Shown here piece by piece: positions 53,206 to 63,103 of a stretch of DNA of 64,000 nucleotides. Under the pieces are notes generated by a model. That model searched no databases, was not told the DNA's origin, and saw only the letters and a list, made by a program, of their open reading frames with translations. Every line of letters starts with the position of its first letter. Within the stretch, counting starts at the first letter, position 1. A program made the position numbers and the translations under genes. The stretch is from a candidate division TM6 bacterium UASB340 (GTDB lineage: Bacteria; Babelota; Babeliae; Babelales; UASB340), in contig LDIX01000005.1 of NCBI GenBank assembly GCA_001468925.1, positions 2,184 through 66,183 of the forward strand, given 5' to 3'.

Positions 53206-54657
53206 ATGAAAAATTTGATAAAAATTATACAAAATAGTTCAAGTAAAAATATTTTAATTATTGGTGACGTAATGCTTGATGAGTATATCTTTGGAACTGT
53301 TTCCAGAATATCTCCGGAAGCGCCGGTGCCAGTTTTAAAAGAAGAAAAAATGGAATGGTGCCTTGGTGGTGCTGCAAACGTTGCTTTAAATTGCAAAAAT
53401 ATAGGCTGTAATGTAAATATTGTTGGCATTATAAACGATATTGACTTTGCGGGTCAAAAGTTAGCATCTATGCTATCTGAAAATGGAATATCTTCATCAA
53501 ATTTAATAAAAAGCGAACAGAGAATTACCACATGTAAAAAAAGAGCTTTATGTGGTGGGCATCAACTTTTAAGAATTGATAACGAGTCTGAGCATAATTT
53601 AACAGACAAAGAGTTATTATTGATTACAGAAAAAATTAATAATTTGATTGTTAAAGATTCTATAATATTGATTTCTGATTATGCAAAGGGTGTAATTTCA
53701 AGTGAGTTGGTTAGGTTTGTTTCAGTAATTGCAAAATCCAGAAATTGTAAAATAATAGTTGATCCTAAAGGCAAAAATTTTGATAAATATATTGGCGTTA
53801 ATTATATAAAGCCAAATTATAAAGAATTTTTGCTAATGCTTGATGCTTATGGTTTGGATAAAAATAATTCAATATCTCATAATGCAAAAATTTTGTGTGA
53901 AAAATTATCTATTGACGGTCTGATTATTACGTTAGGCGAAAAAGGGATTCATTTTGTATCAAAAGATGAAGATATTTTTGTTCCGGCGCTTAAAAAAGAG
54001 GTTTATGATCTTACCGGTGCCGGTGATACCGTTTTGGCATTTTTAGCACTTGGCCTTTCTGTTGGCTTTGATATGCAAAAATGCTTGCAAATTGCAAATA
54101 CTGCTGCAGGCGTCGCTGTATCACATTTAAAAACTTATGCTGTAAGTTTGGAAGAACTTTTGGATAAGAATATTTATTCATCTGAAAAAATTTATGAAAA
54201 TTGGACCAATTTAAAAATTGAACTTGATTGGATTAAGGCTCAAAATAAAAAAATTGTTTTTACAAACGGATGTTTTGATCTTTTGCATTCCGGTCATATT
54301 TATTTATTAAATGAAGCAAAAAAGTTGGGCGATATTTTAGTTGTTGCAATTAATACCGATGAATCTGTAAAAAGATACAAAGGGCAGAGTAGGCCAATTA
54401 ATACTCTATATGAACGCATGCATGTTATGTCTTCACTAGGTATTGTCGATTTTGTTGTTTCATTTGAGCAGGATACACCCAAAGAACTTATTGAATATCT
54501 TTCACCTGATGTTTTGGTAAAAGGCGGCGATTATCAAGAAGAAAAAGTTGCCGGTGCAGATTTTGTTAAAAAGAGCGGTGGGCAAGTTGCAATTATTGAA
54601 TATCAAGCTGGTTTATCAACGACTAATATTGTTAAAAAGATTAGTACTGTAGGTTAA
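53206..54657 (+). CDS. hldE: bifunctional D-beta-D-heptose 7-phosphate kinase / heptose 1-phosphate adenylyltransferase
   Basis: The N-terminal ribokinase-like domain has ILIIGDVMLDEYIFGTVSRISPEAPVPVL and DLTGAGDT. The C-terminal cytidylyltransferase domain has FTNGCFDLLHSGHI. I moved the start to the Met at 53206 because the ORF-track start at 53092 adds an implausible leader. Confidence 0.9.
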   Translation: MKNLIKIIQNSSSKNILIIGDVMLDEYIFGTVSRISPEAPVPVLKEEKMEWCLGGAANVALNCKNIGCNVNIVGIINDIDFAGQKLASMLSENGISSSNLIKSEQRITTCKKRALCGGHQLLRIDNESEHNLTDKELLLITEKINNLIVKDSIILISDYAKGVISSELVRFVSVIAKSRNCKIIVDPKGKNFDKYIGVNYIKPNYKEFLLMLDAYGLDKNNSISHNAKILCEKLSIDGLIITLGEKGIHFVSKDEDIFVPALKKEVYDLTGAGDTVLAFLALGLSVGFDMQKCLQIANTAAGVAVSHLKTYAVSLEELLDKNIYSSEKIYENWTNLKIELDWIKAQNKKIVFTNGCFDLLHSGHIYLLNEAKKLGDILVVAINTDESVKRYKGQSRPINTLYERMHVMSSLGIVDFVVSFEQDTPKELIEYLSPDVLVKGGDYQEEKVAGADFVKKSGGQVAIIEYQAGLSTTNIVKKISTVG

Positions 54658-54675
54658 TAAAAATCCACCAAATTC

Positions 54676-54812
54676 GGAAGGCGATAGCCTTCCTCTACCA
54701 TAATATCGCCATGCCACTGGCAGGCTAATTTGTATTACGTAATAAATATTATTTCAAACGAGCCCACTTTAGATGGGCGACAGTAGGTTAGCGCAATGCT
54801 ACCGCTTTGCGC
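54676..54812. repeat. structured GC-rich repeat family 2, copy B
   Basis: GGAAGGC-GATA-GCCTTCC TCTACCA...GCCATGCC-ACT-GGCAGGC ... GCCCA-CTTTAGA-TGGGC ... GCGCAATGC-TACC-GCTTTGCGC. It is collinear with copy A, and the stems differ by compensatory changes. Confidence 0.6.
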
Positions 54813-54825
54813 GGATTATTGTAGT

Positions 54826-56193
54826 TTAGTAAAAATCCATATATGAGTCCAAATTTTTAATCATATCCACTTCGTGATCTTGTAGTTCTGGTGGTAAATA
54901 AGAATGTAATTCACTTGGCAGTTTTTCATAATCGACTTGCTTGAAAAACATTTTGCAATTAAATACATTATCGAAAATTTTAGGCGTTAAGTATTTCGGA
55001 TCAAAACTAAAAAAATGATTAGCGTAAAGGTTGGTACTGTAACCATGACTAAAAGTATTCCAAAATAATACACTTTTATCTTTTAATAAATTTCTTTCTG
55101 CATCAGATATTAATGCAGCTAAAGTTTTTCCCGTGTATGTTCCCTCAAGAATTTGGTTGGCCAGATTATAAAATAATATTACAGAATTTGCTGCTTGACT
55201 TGTTATGTCAGCATATCCGGCACCTACAAAATTGTGATTAATTTCGACATCAACTCCGGGATATTTAATTTGTGTTCCTGAAAGCGTTGCAAAATTTTTT
55301 GGAAAATTATTATCCAAAGAATTTAGATAAATAACCGTTTTGTTTATTAAATCTACAAGATTTTTAGCTTTTTCTTCAGGCGTAGAACTTATTCTTACCG
55401 GAATAATTTTGCTTTTCAACCCGGCGGCGGCAGCACCAATAATTAGTCCGGCAGCAGTTCCACAACTTCCAAGTGTTACATAAATAATATCCGGATCCGG
55501 AATATTTAGATCAATTAATTGCTTTTTAAGCTCAAATGCAGCATTTACAAAAGCAATTGTGCCAAGTTCGTTTGAGCCACCCACAGGTATAAAATAGTAA
55601 TTATTTTTTTTGCAAAAGTTTAAACCATAATTTTCTAATTTTTCATTTGTGTTCAAACTTTTATCTGCATAAAAAATCTGCGTGGCAACTTTTGTCATTA
55701 AAGACAAATTTCTTATAACAATGCTTGTAATTCTTTGATCGTTAAGTATTAATACAGAATTTAATCCGAGCAATTTTGCACAAACTGCAGTTTCAAGTGC
55801 ATGATTTGAACCGGCACCACCAAGCGTGCAAACGGTTTTGTAGCCTTTAGATATTGCATCAGCCAATAGAAATTCAAGCTTTCGCATTTTGTTTCCTGTT
55901 GGAATATTTTTACTATGTTTATAACCATCATCTTTGTAATATAAGCTTTTACAATTTAAACTTGGCCTAAATCTCTCTGAAAACTTTTCCCAATAATCAG
56001 GGGCATTTATATCTTTTTGAGAAGCATGTTTTTTTGTATCAATTTTTATTATTGGGCTTGGATATTCGCCTAAATTAATATGTGCTATTTTATTTTCTAA
56101 TTTTGGATATGCATCAAATAATGGGATTGTGTAAGATTTGTTTAAGATAAATATAAAAGATATTAAAAATAAAAATTTTTTTGAAATATTCAT
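54826..56193 (-). CDS. PLP-dependent ACC deaminase / D-cysteine desulfhydrase-family protein with signal peptide and C-terminal extension
   Basis: TGNKMRKLEFLLADA (the K is the PLP lysine in this family) and GGAGSNHALETA, with an N-terminal hydrophobic signal. Confidence 0.75.
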   Translation of the reverse strand: MNISKKFLFLISFIFILNKSYTIPLFDAYPKLENKIAHINLGEYPSPIIKIDTKKHASQKDINAPDYWEKFSERFRPSLNCKSLYYKDDGYKHSKNIPTGNKMRKLEFLLADAISKGYKTVCTLGGAGSNHALETAVCAKLLGLNSVLILNDQRITSIVIRNLSLMTKVATQIFYADKSLNTNEKLENYGLNFCKKNNYYFIPVGGSNELGTIAFVNAAFELKKQLIDLNIPDPDIIYVTLGSCGTAAGLIIGAAAAGLKSKIIPVRISSTPEEKAKNLVDLINKTVIYLNSLDNNFPKNFATLSGTQIKYPGVDVEINHNFVGAGYADITSQAANSVILFYNLANQILEGTYTGKTLAALISDAERNLLKDKSVLFWNTFSHGYSTNLYANHFFSFDPKYLTPKIFDNVFNCKMFFKQVDYEKLPSELHSYLPPELQDHEVDMIKNLDSYMDFY

Positions 56194-56238
56194 AAACTCT
56201 CCTGAGAAAATTACTCAAATTGAATGTAAAATAATAGT

Positions 56239-56275
56239 ATTGCGCTAACACAATATCGTTTACATAAACGTAGGC
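56239..56275. repeat. degenerate half-copy of repeat family 2
   Basis: TTGCGCTAACACAATATCGTTTACATAAACGTAGGCT aligns with ..TTCGCTAACCCAATATCGCCCATCTGAAGTGGGCT, the reverse complement of copy A's right end. Confidence 0.35.
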
Positions 56276-56393
56276 TCTAATATTAAACAACAATATTATA
56301 AAATACTAGAAAGCTTTGCGAATGCAATGATGACACACTAACAAATTTAGGCTTTATTTTTATTTAAATTTAGATGTTTATTCAACGCTTGTA

Positions 56394-57119
56394 TTAATTA
56401 TTTTGTATTAATCTTTCTGTTACAATATTACTAACACTCTTTTCTTCAGCTTGTGTTGGTTCAAAATATCTTTTCATGCTCATGAAATTTAATATTAAAT
56501 TATTCTTTTCATCATCATTTATGGCATAAATATTTCTTGGCAAAATCATTTGAGCATTATCATTTGTTCTAAAATCTCCAAGCGTAACGTAAATATTTTT
56601 TGCTTTAGTTAAAAGAACCGCAGATAAAGGGTTAATTATATTGTTTTCAGGTATTTGTGCATTTGTAACCTGCCAATAATATTGTTTACTTTCATCCTGT
56701 TTTTTTTCAAACAAATATATTTTTGTATTTTCTTTTTCTTCTGGCAATACTTCTTGATGTGAAAAAGTGTTGCCTTTAACATTTATTAAATTAATTTTAG
56801 GCGTTATTACCAGATATAGTTTTTGCTCAGTATGCTTTAATGGAAAAAATATTTGACCGTCGATATTTGAAAAATCTATATAACCGCTATAAATTGCCAA
56901 AAAACCACCTATTATTCGTGTGCGATTTTTAAAAAATTCACCCTCAAGAAGCTTTTTATTGATTTGCGAAGGTGTTTTTTCGCTTAATTGATTAAATTTT
57001 TCTTCACTAAACTGGTTAAAAGTTTGACTTGGCGCCGGATCCAGGTAAAAAATAAGCCTTGGGCTTGGGTTAATTGTATTTATACCAAATATTAAAAATA
57101 GTAAAAAAAACTTCTTCAT
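56394..57119 (-). CDS. hypothetical exported protein
   Basis: ORF with a signal peptide. No motif recognised. Confidence 0.45.
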   Translation of the reverse strand: MKKFFLLFLIFGINTINPSPRLIFYLDPAPSQTFNQFSEEKFNQLSEKTPSQINKKLLEGEFFKNRTRIIGGFLAIYSGYIDFSNIDGQIFFPLKHTEQKLYLVITPKINLINVKGNTFSHQEVLPEEKENTKIYLFEKKQDESKQYYWQVTNAQIPENNIINPLSAVLLTKAKNIYVTLGDFRTNDNAQMILPRNIYAINDDEKNNLILNFMSMKRYFEPTQAEEKSVSNIVTERLIQNN

Positions 57120-57235
57120 TTCGTCCCCCCTTTGAATTTTTTATTAAATTCTTTAACTTTAAACTCTTATTCGTTTAATATAATGTAGCAAAAGCAAGAA
57201 CTTTAAATCCAGGATTTTAAAAAAAGGCACTTATA

Positions 57236-57877
57236 ATGAAAAATACAAAAGAAAAGCCAAGTGAGATTATTTTTAGCAATTTTGCCAGGCAAGACAATCT
57301 TTCTACGGAACAGGTTGAGCAGTTTCAAGAGTATGAAAAATTACTTAAAGAATGGAATGAAAAATTTAATCTTACTGCAATTACAGATACGGCTGGCATT
57401 GTAAACCAACATTTTCGAGATTCTTTGATCTTAAAAAATTTTATAGATCTTAGTAAAGTTAATTCTATTGCCGATATTGGACCTGGGGCCGGATTTCCTT
57501 CAATACCTTTAAAAATCGCATATCCAAATCTAAAAGTTTATTTGATAGAAGTTAATCAAAAGAAACAAAAGTTTTTAGATTTTATAGTCAAAAAACTTAA
57601 TTTATCAGATGTTGAAATAATAGATCTTGATTGGAGAACGTTTTTACGTAAAACCGAGTATGATATTGATTATTTCGTTACAAAAGCTGCTTTGCATGAA
57701 GTTGAACTTATAAGAATGTTTAAAGCCAGTTGTTATTATAAAAATTCAAAACTTATTTATTGGGCAAGCTTTGATTGGGTTGCATATCCAAAAGCTGTTG
57801 AATATATTTTGCATGAAAATAGTTATAAATTAAATAAAAAAGATAGAAAATTAGTTTTTATGGGAGTGAAAAAATAG
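57236..57877 (+). CDS. rsmG: 16S rRNA (guanine527-N7)-methyltransferase
   Basis: WNEKFNLTAI...HFRDSL and the SAM motif DIGPGAGFPSIPLKIAYP are typical of RsmG/GidB. Confidence 0.85.
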   Translation: MKNTKEKPSEIIFSNFARQDNLSTEQVEQFQEYEKLLKEWNEKFNLTAITDTAGIVNQHFRDSLILKNFIDLSKVNSIADIGPGAGFPSIPLKIAYPNLKVYLIEVNQKKQKFLDFIVKKLNLSDVEIIDLDWRTFLRKTEYDIDYFVTKAALHEVELIRMFKASCYYKNSKLIYWASFDWVAYPKAVEYILHENSYKLNKKDRKLVFMGVKK

Positions 57878-57897
57878 GGATTTAATAAGGGGGGAGT

Positions 57898-58653
57898 ATG
57901 AGTTTTATAAGAATAAAAATTGCTATAAGTGTGATATTTCTCATTTGTGGCAATTTTTATATTTATTCAAATGTAGAAATTATAAATGATTCAGGATTTG
58001 ATTTTTTAATTTTGTATCAAATTTTTAACGAACCTGACACAGCAAAATTGATTAATATTCCATTTAAAGAATCTAAAAAAATAGAATCAAATGAAAATAA
58101 TAAATTTGAGCTTGAATTTTTAGTATTAGATGTTTTTAAATCTGAAAATTTGCCTTTGCAATTTTCTAAAGATAATTTTTGTGTATTTGATGGGGATAGA
58201 TTGGAAATTGTTTTTGACTATAATGTTGGAAATTTTTTTCTTTTCTTGCTAGACAAAGAAGATTTAAAAAAACAAAATGCATTGCATGCTGAAGTAAGCG
58301 TAAACGCTGATACAAATTTTTCACAAAAAATGGCTTGCATTTCTAATTATAATTTTGAAATTAAATCTATAAAAAATATCTCTGAGTCTGTGGATTTGTT
58401 TATAAATGTTTTGGTAGGTGATTATTTAAGAGATTTTTTCATAAAAGCTGGAGAAGTATTGAGGCTAACTGGTCGCGTTCATATTTGTAAAATTAATGAT
58501 TTTGATGATGTTGAACTAGATTTAAAACAGAAAATATATGATATTGACTATATCGAAATTAATAAACCTAAAAAATTAATTTTAAAATATAAAGTTTTTT
58601 GTGACAATGAAGTTGTTAAAAGTGATTTTTATGCAGAAAATCACTTCAGGTGA
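57898..58653 (+). CDS. hypothetical exported protein
   Basis: ORF with a GGGGAG RBS and a signal-like N-terminus. No motif recognised. Confidence 0.45.
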   Translation: MSFIRIKIAISVIFLICGNFYIYSNVEIINDSGFDFLILYQIFNEPDTAKLINIPFKESKKIESNENNKFELEFLVLDVFKSENLPLQFSKDNFCVFDGDRLEIVFDYNVGNFFLFLLDKEDLKKQNALHAEVSVNADTNFSQKMACISNYNFEIKSIKNISESVDLFINVLVGDYLRDFFIKAGEVLRLTGRVHICKINDFDDVELDLKQKIYDIDYIEINKPKKLILKYKVFCDNEVVKSDFYAENHFR

Positions 58654-58677
58654 TTAAATCACTTTAGGTGACAATTA

Positions 58678-59901
58678 TTATTGTTCTAGTAAAGCTTCAA
58701 CAACATTAAGTCTTGACGCCTTTTTCGCCGGATAATAACCAAAAAATAAGCCAATGCTTATTGCTGAAAAAAGTGAAATAGCAATAGATTTTAGTGATAT
58801 AAATATTGGCCAGCCTAAAATTTGTCCAACAGTATAAGCAATCGATGATCCAAAAAAAATTCCCAAAAGTCCTCCGAATAAGCAAATTATAATTGCTTCC
58901 AAAACAAATTGAGTTAAGACTGCCGATGTTGTAGCTCCGATTGCCATTCGAATACCTATTTCTTTGGTTCGTTCAGTAACCGTTACAAGCATGATATTCA
59001 TAATTCCAATTCCACCGACAATTAAAGAAATTGATGCAATAACTAAAAGTAAAATATTTAAAACACCGGATGCAGCATCGGACGCTTTTGAGATATCATC
59101 TTGAGTAAACACTGTAAAATCATCTTCTTCCGTTGGTAATAAGTTATGTCTTTGACGAAGTATTGATTTTATTTCATCTGCGGTTTTATTCATGGAATCT
59201 TTATCTTTTGCAGAAATTATAATTGCTCCATATTTATCCGTTTTGATTCCCATAAGTTTTTTTTGCATAGTTTTTACCGGAACAAATATAATATCGTCTT
59301 CGTCTCGGCCATCAGGTGATTTACCTCGTTCTGCCAGTACGCCTATTATAGTAAAAGGGATTTTTTTAATTCTAACAGTTTTTCCTATAGGATTTTCTTT
59401 CCCAAATATTTCATTTTTTACTGTTTGTCCTATAACTGCAACTTTTTTTCCAGACTTTACTGCATTTTTGTCAAAAAAATCTCCCTTTTCAAGTGCCCAA
59501 TTTCTAATTTCAAGATAATCTTCATTTACTCCGCCAAGTTGAGTTTGCCAATTATTTCCTTCATATAATACTTTTTGACTTCCCTGTAATCCCGGTGATG
59601 CCATTGCAACGCCGTCGCATTCATTAATTATTGCAGTATAATCTTGCTCTTTTAATGTAAGGTTTCCTGAGCCTCCACGTTGTGCCATTAATCTTTTTGG
59701 TGTTCCACCGATTACCAATATAAAATTTGTTCCAAGGCCTTCTATCTCTTTTTTTACCCTGTATTTTGCGCCTTCACCTATAGACATAACGGCAATAATG
59801 GAAATAATACCAACGATTATGCCAAGCGTTGTTAAGAGTGAACGTATTTTATGTTTATTTAAAGATCTTAAGGCGGATAAAAGTAACTGATAACTATTCA
59901 T
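58678..59901 (-). CDS. MacB-type ABC transporter permease (MacB periplasmic domain + FtsX)
   Basis: N-terminal LRSLNKHKIRSLLTTLGIIVGI and the C-terminal FtsX block TERTKEIGIRMAIGAT...YYPAKKASRLNVVEAL. Confidence 0.85.
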   Translation of the reverse strand: MNSYQLLLSALRSLNKHKIRSLLTTLGIIVGIISIIAVMSIGEGAKYRVKKEIEGLGTNFILVIGGTPKRLMAQRGGSGNLTLKEQDYTAIINECDGVAMASPGLQGSQKVLYEGNNWQTQLGGVNEDYLEIRNWALEKGDFFDKNAVKSGKKVAVIGQTVKNEIFGKENPIGKTVRIKKIPFTIIGVLAERGKSPDGRDEDDIIFVPVKTMQKKLMGIKTDKYGAIIISAKDKDSMNKTADEIKSILRQRHNLLPTEEDDFTVFTQDDISKASDAASGVLNILLLVIASISLIVGGIGIMNIMLVTVTERTKEIGIRMAIGATTSAVLTQFVLEAIIICLFGGLLGIFFGSSIAYTVGQILGWPIFISLKSIAISLFSAISIGLFFGYYPAKKASRLNVVEALLEQ

Positions 59902-59910
59902 ATTTATTTT

Positions 59911-60597
59911 TTACCTTATTTTTTTATCAGAGATAATTTTGCCGTCCAGTAGCTGAATTATGCGATTTGTTTTTTGTGCAATTTCAGATTCATGGGTAAC
60001 TATAATTATTGTTACATTATTTTCTTTATTCAATTTTGAAAATAGCTCCATAATTGTATCACCGGTTTGTGTATCCAAATTACCGGTAGGCTCGTCGGCT
60101 AAAATTATAGCAGGTTCATTTATCAAAGATCTTGCAACTGCAACTCGTTGTTGCTGTCCGCCGGATAGTTGGTATGGATAATGATCCAGTCTGGAACCAA
60201 GATCAACCATGGTTAAAAGTTTTTTAGCTTTTTCTCGAGCTTCATTTTCCGGTACTCCTGCATACAGTTGTGGTAATGCTACATTGTCTGTTGCCGTAAG
60301 ATCAGGGAGTAAGAAGAATTTTTGAAATACAAATCCTATTTTTTCATTTCTTATATGAGCGAGTTCATCGCGATTCATCGTGGAAACATTTTTATTATCA
60401 ATAAGATATTCACCCTCTGTTGGAATATCAAGACACCCTAGTAGATGCATTAAAGTTGATTTTCCTGATCCCGATGTTCCGGTGATTGCAACGAATTCAC
60501 CTTTTTCTATAGAGATACTTACATCTTTTAAAGCATGAACTTCAGATTCACCCATCTGATATATTTTTTTTAAATTTTTGGCTTCAAGAATTATCAT
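59911..60597 (-). CDS. ABC transporter ATP-binding protein (MacB/LolD-type)
   Basis: Walker A GTSGSGKSTLM, signature LSGGQQQRVAVAR and Walker B ILADEPTGNLD. Confidence 0.9.
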   Translation of the reverse strand: MIILEAKNLKKIYQMGESEVHALKDVSISIEKGEFVAITGTSGSGKSTLMHLLGCLDIPTEGEYLIDNKNVSTMNRDELAHIRNEKIGFVFQKFFLLPDLTATDNVALPQLYAGVPENEAREKAKKLLTMVDLGSRLDHYPYQLSGGQQQRVAVARSLINEPAIILADEPTGNLDTQTGDTIMELFSKLNKENNVTIIIVTHESEIAQKTNRIIQLLDGKIISDKKIR

Positions 60598-61790
60598 TTT
60601 TTCTTACTTCCTATAGAGCCCGGTTGTTTAAAAATTTGCTCTAATACATCATTTTTTCTTTCAGTATCTTCAACAGATGTTAAAATTAGCGAATTATCAT
60701 CTATCTCTTTTGATATAATTTCTGAATATGTGCCATGTTTTGCTCCTATTTCAACAGCTATTTGTTTAAATTTATTATCTTGAAATATCCAGACATGATC
60801 AATTTCCGTTTTTGCATCGGTATTGGGAATTCTTATAAATTCAAAATCAAGTTTTTTTGCCACATTTTCCAAGATCAAACTATTAATTCTTAGAGATTTA
60901 TTTTTTACACAAAGAGCATTTTTAGATTCTTTTACTTTTATATTAACATTTGTCGTCATTCCCGGTCGTAGAGTTAGGTCAGGATTTTCTACATCCAAAA
61001 TTGTTGCATAGGTTACAACATTGTCGACAATTTTTGCCAAATATCTAATTTGTTCAACCTTTGCAGTAAATTTTAATTTTGGAAATGCATCAACTGTAAA
61101 AGTTGCTTCTTGTCCATCTTTAACAAGCCCAACATCAGCTTCATCAACGTCAACTTTTGCTTCCATGTGGTGCAAATCTTTTGCTATTTTATAAAGAACT
61201 GTAGCTTGAAATCTTGATGTTATCATTTGACCAATATCAACTTCTTTTGCAATTACAACTCCGTCGGCCGGAGATTTTATAAATAAATTATCAAATTCTT
61301 GTTGTCTCATTTCAAGTTCTCCAATAGCTTGAATTACTCTTGCTTCAAGAACTTTCAGCTGTTGAGTGTATTGTTCAAACTGATCTTGTGAAATTTGATT
61401 TGCTTTGTATAATTCAGTTTGTCTGGCGTAAAAATTTTTGTAATATTCTAAGTTTGCATTAGCTTCATCAACTACAGCTTTGAATTTTTTTACAGCGCTA
61501 TAATTTATACCATCATCAAGAATTACAAGTACCTGATCTTTTTTTACAAAATCATTATCGTCGGCCTTTATTTCAACAACTCTTCCAGCAACTAAGCTTC
61601 CGATTGTTATTTCATCTTTAGCGCTTAATGTTCCTGATGCATTTACATATTGAGTTAAATCTTTTCTTATTGGTGTTGATGTTTCAAATAAAGCTTTTTT
61701 TTCATGATGATTTTTTTTAAACAAATAGATACTTAGTCCTACAGTTAGTATAAATATAGATGTAATTATAATTATTTTTTTGTTATTCAT
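60594..61790 (-). CDS. HlyD/MacA-family periplasmic adaptor
   Basis: N-terminal TM segment, a lipoyl-like motif (GRVVEIKADDNDFVKKDQVLVILDD), a coiled-coil hairpin and beta-barrel segments. Confidence 0.8.
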   Translation of the reverse strand: MNNKKIIIITSIFILTVGLSIYLFKKNHHEKKALFETSTPIRKDLTQYVNASGTLSAKDEITIGSLVAGRVVEIKADDNDFVKKDQVLVILDDGINYSAVKKFKAVVDEANANLEYYKNFYARQTELYKANQISQDQFEQYTQQLKVLEARVIQAIGELEMRQQEFDNLFIKSPADGVVIAKEVDIGQMITSRFQATVLYKIAKDLHHMEAKVDVDEADVGLVKDGQEATFTVDAFPKLKFTAKVEQIRYLAKIVDNVVTYATILDVENPDLTLRPGMTTNVNIKVKESKNALCVKNKSLRINSLILENVAKKLDFEFIRIPNTDAKTEIDHVWIFQDNKFKQIAVEIGAKHGTYSEIISKEIDDNSLILTSVEDTERKNDVLEQIFKQPGSIGSKKK

Positions 61791-61874
61791 AATATTATCT
61801 TTTCTTTTATAAAAGTTTATATATCAAAAGATAATAGTAGCACTAAGCTTTTGAAAATAGAATATTTTGAAAAA

Positions 61875-63101
61875 TTAAACTTCTTTTAATGCTTCAACAA
61901 CATTAAGCTTCGCAGCTTTTTTCGCCGGATAGTATCCAAAAATTAAACCTATTAATGTTGTTATCGCAAAAGCGATTAAAATTGAGCCCGGTTTGTGGAC
62001 AACAAGCCATTTTGTAAAATGATTTATAGCATATGGCGTTGTTATTCCTATTACTATGCCAATAATTCCTCCTATTGTGCAAAGTGTTATAGATTCTATT
62101 AAAAATTGATACAAAATATTTTTAGTAGTGGCGCCTATTGCCATGCGAATTCCAATTTCTTGTGTGCGTTCGGATACTGAAACTAGCATTATATTCATAA
62201 CGCCTATTCCTCCAACAAATAAAGATATCGTTGCAATTATCAAAAGTAATAAATTTAAAATATTTGAAGACTGTTTGGCGGCTTTTACAATTTCTTGTTG
62301 ATCAATAACTGAAAAATCATCCGGTTCCGAATCTTTTAATCTATGTTTGAATCTTAAAATTCTTTTTATAATTCTTGTTATATATGGCATATCGGCTTTA
62401 TTTTTTGCGCAAATTCCTATTCCATGAATATATCTATTTGTGTCTAAAAAAAGTTGTTTTTCTACTGTTGTTAATGGAATATAACAATCATAATTAGGAT
62501 CTTGAATTCCATAAAAATTTTTTATTTCTTCTACAACTCCTATTACTTTAAAATGAATATTTTTTATTTTAACCGATTCGCCTATTGGATTTAAAAATCC
62601 AAAAAGATCTTTGGCCGATTTATATCCGAGTACTATAACTTTTGCACTTTTTAGATATTGCTGTTCGTTATAATATGAACCCTTTATAATTTTTCGATCT
62701 ATTATTTCCAAATAGTCTTGATTGCCACATTTTATATCGGAGTGAATATTATTTTTTTTGTATGAAATTATATTTCTATAAAATAATGTTGGCGTAATTT
62801 TATCTATAGCCGGACATTGTTCTTTTAAAATTTCAACGTCTTTTTTTTCTAAATAAATATTTTTTTTCCTATGTTTTTCGCTTGTTTTTCCCTCTTGAAA
62901 TTTTCCCGATTGAATAAATATAAAATTTTTTCCCATTCCTAAAATTTTTTGTCTTAGTTTTAACTCGGCTCCATATCCAATTGCCAATGTTGTTATTATC
63001 GCAGCAATACCGACAACTATTCCCAATATTGTTAAAATCGATCTGCCTTTATGTTGCCTTATTGAATTTAAAGATATTCTTAATAAAGCTTTTATATTCA
63101 T
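61875..63101 (-). CDS. second MacB-type permease (paralogue)
   Basis: LNSIRQHKGRSILTILGIVVGI and SERTQEIGIRMAIGAT...YYPAKKAAKLNVVEAL. There is no ATPase gene of its own. Confidence 0.85.
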   Translation of the reverse strand: MNIKALLRISLNSIRQHKGRSILTILGIVVGIAAIITTLAIGYGAELKLRQKILGMGKNFIFIQSGKFQEGKTSEKHRKKNIYLEKKDVEILKEQCPAIDKITPTLFYRNIISYKKNNIHSDIKCGNQDYLEIIDRKIIKGSYYNEQQYLKSAKVIVLGYKSAKDLFGFLNPIGESVKIKNIHFKVIGVVEEIKNFYGIQDPNYDCYIPLTTVEKQLFLDTNRYIHGIGICAKNKADMPYITRIIKRILRFKHRLKDSEPDDFSVIDQQEIVKAAKQSSNILNLLLLIIATISLFVGGIGVMNIMLVSVSERTQEIGIRMAIGATTKNILYQFLIESITLCTIGGIIGIVIGITTPYAINHFTKWLVVHKPGSILIAFAITTLIGLIFGYYPAKKAAKLNVVEALKEV

Positions 63102-63103
63102 AA

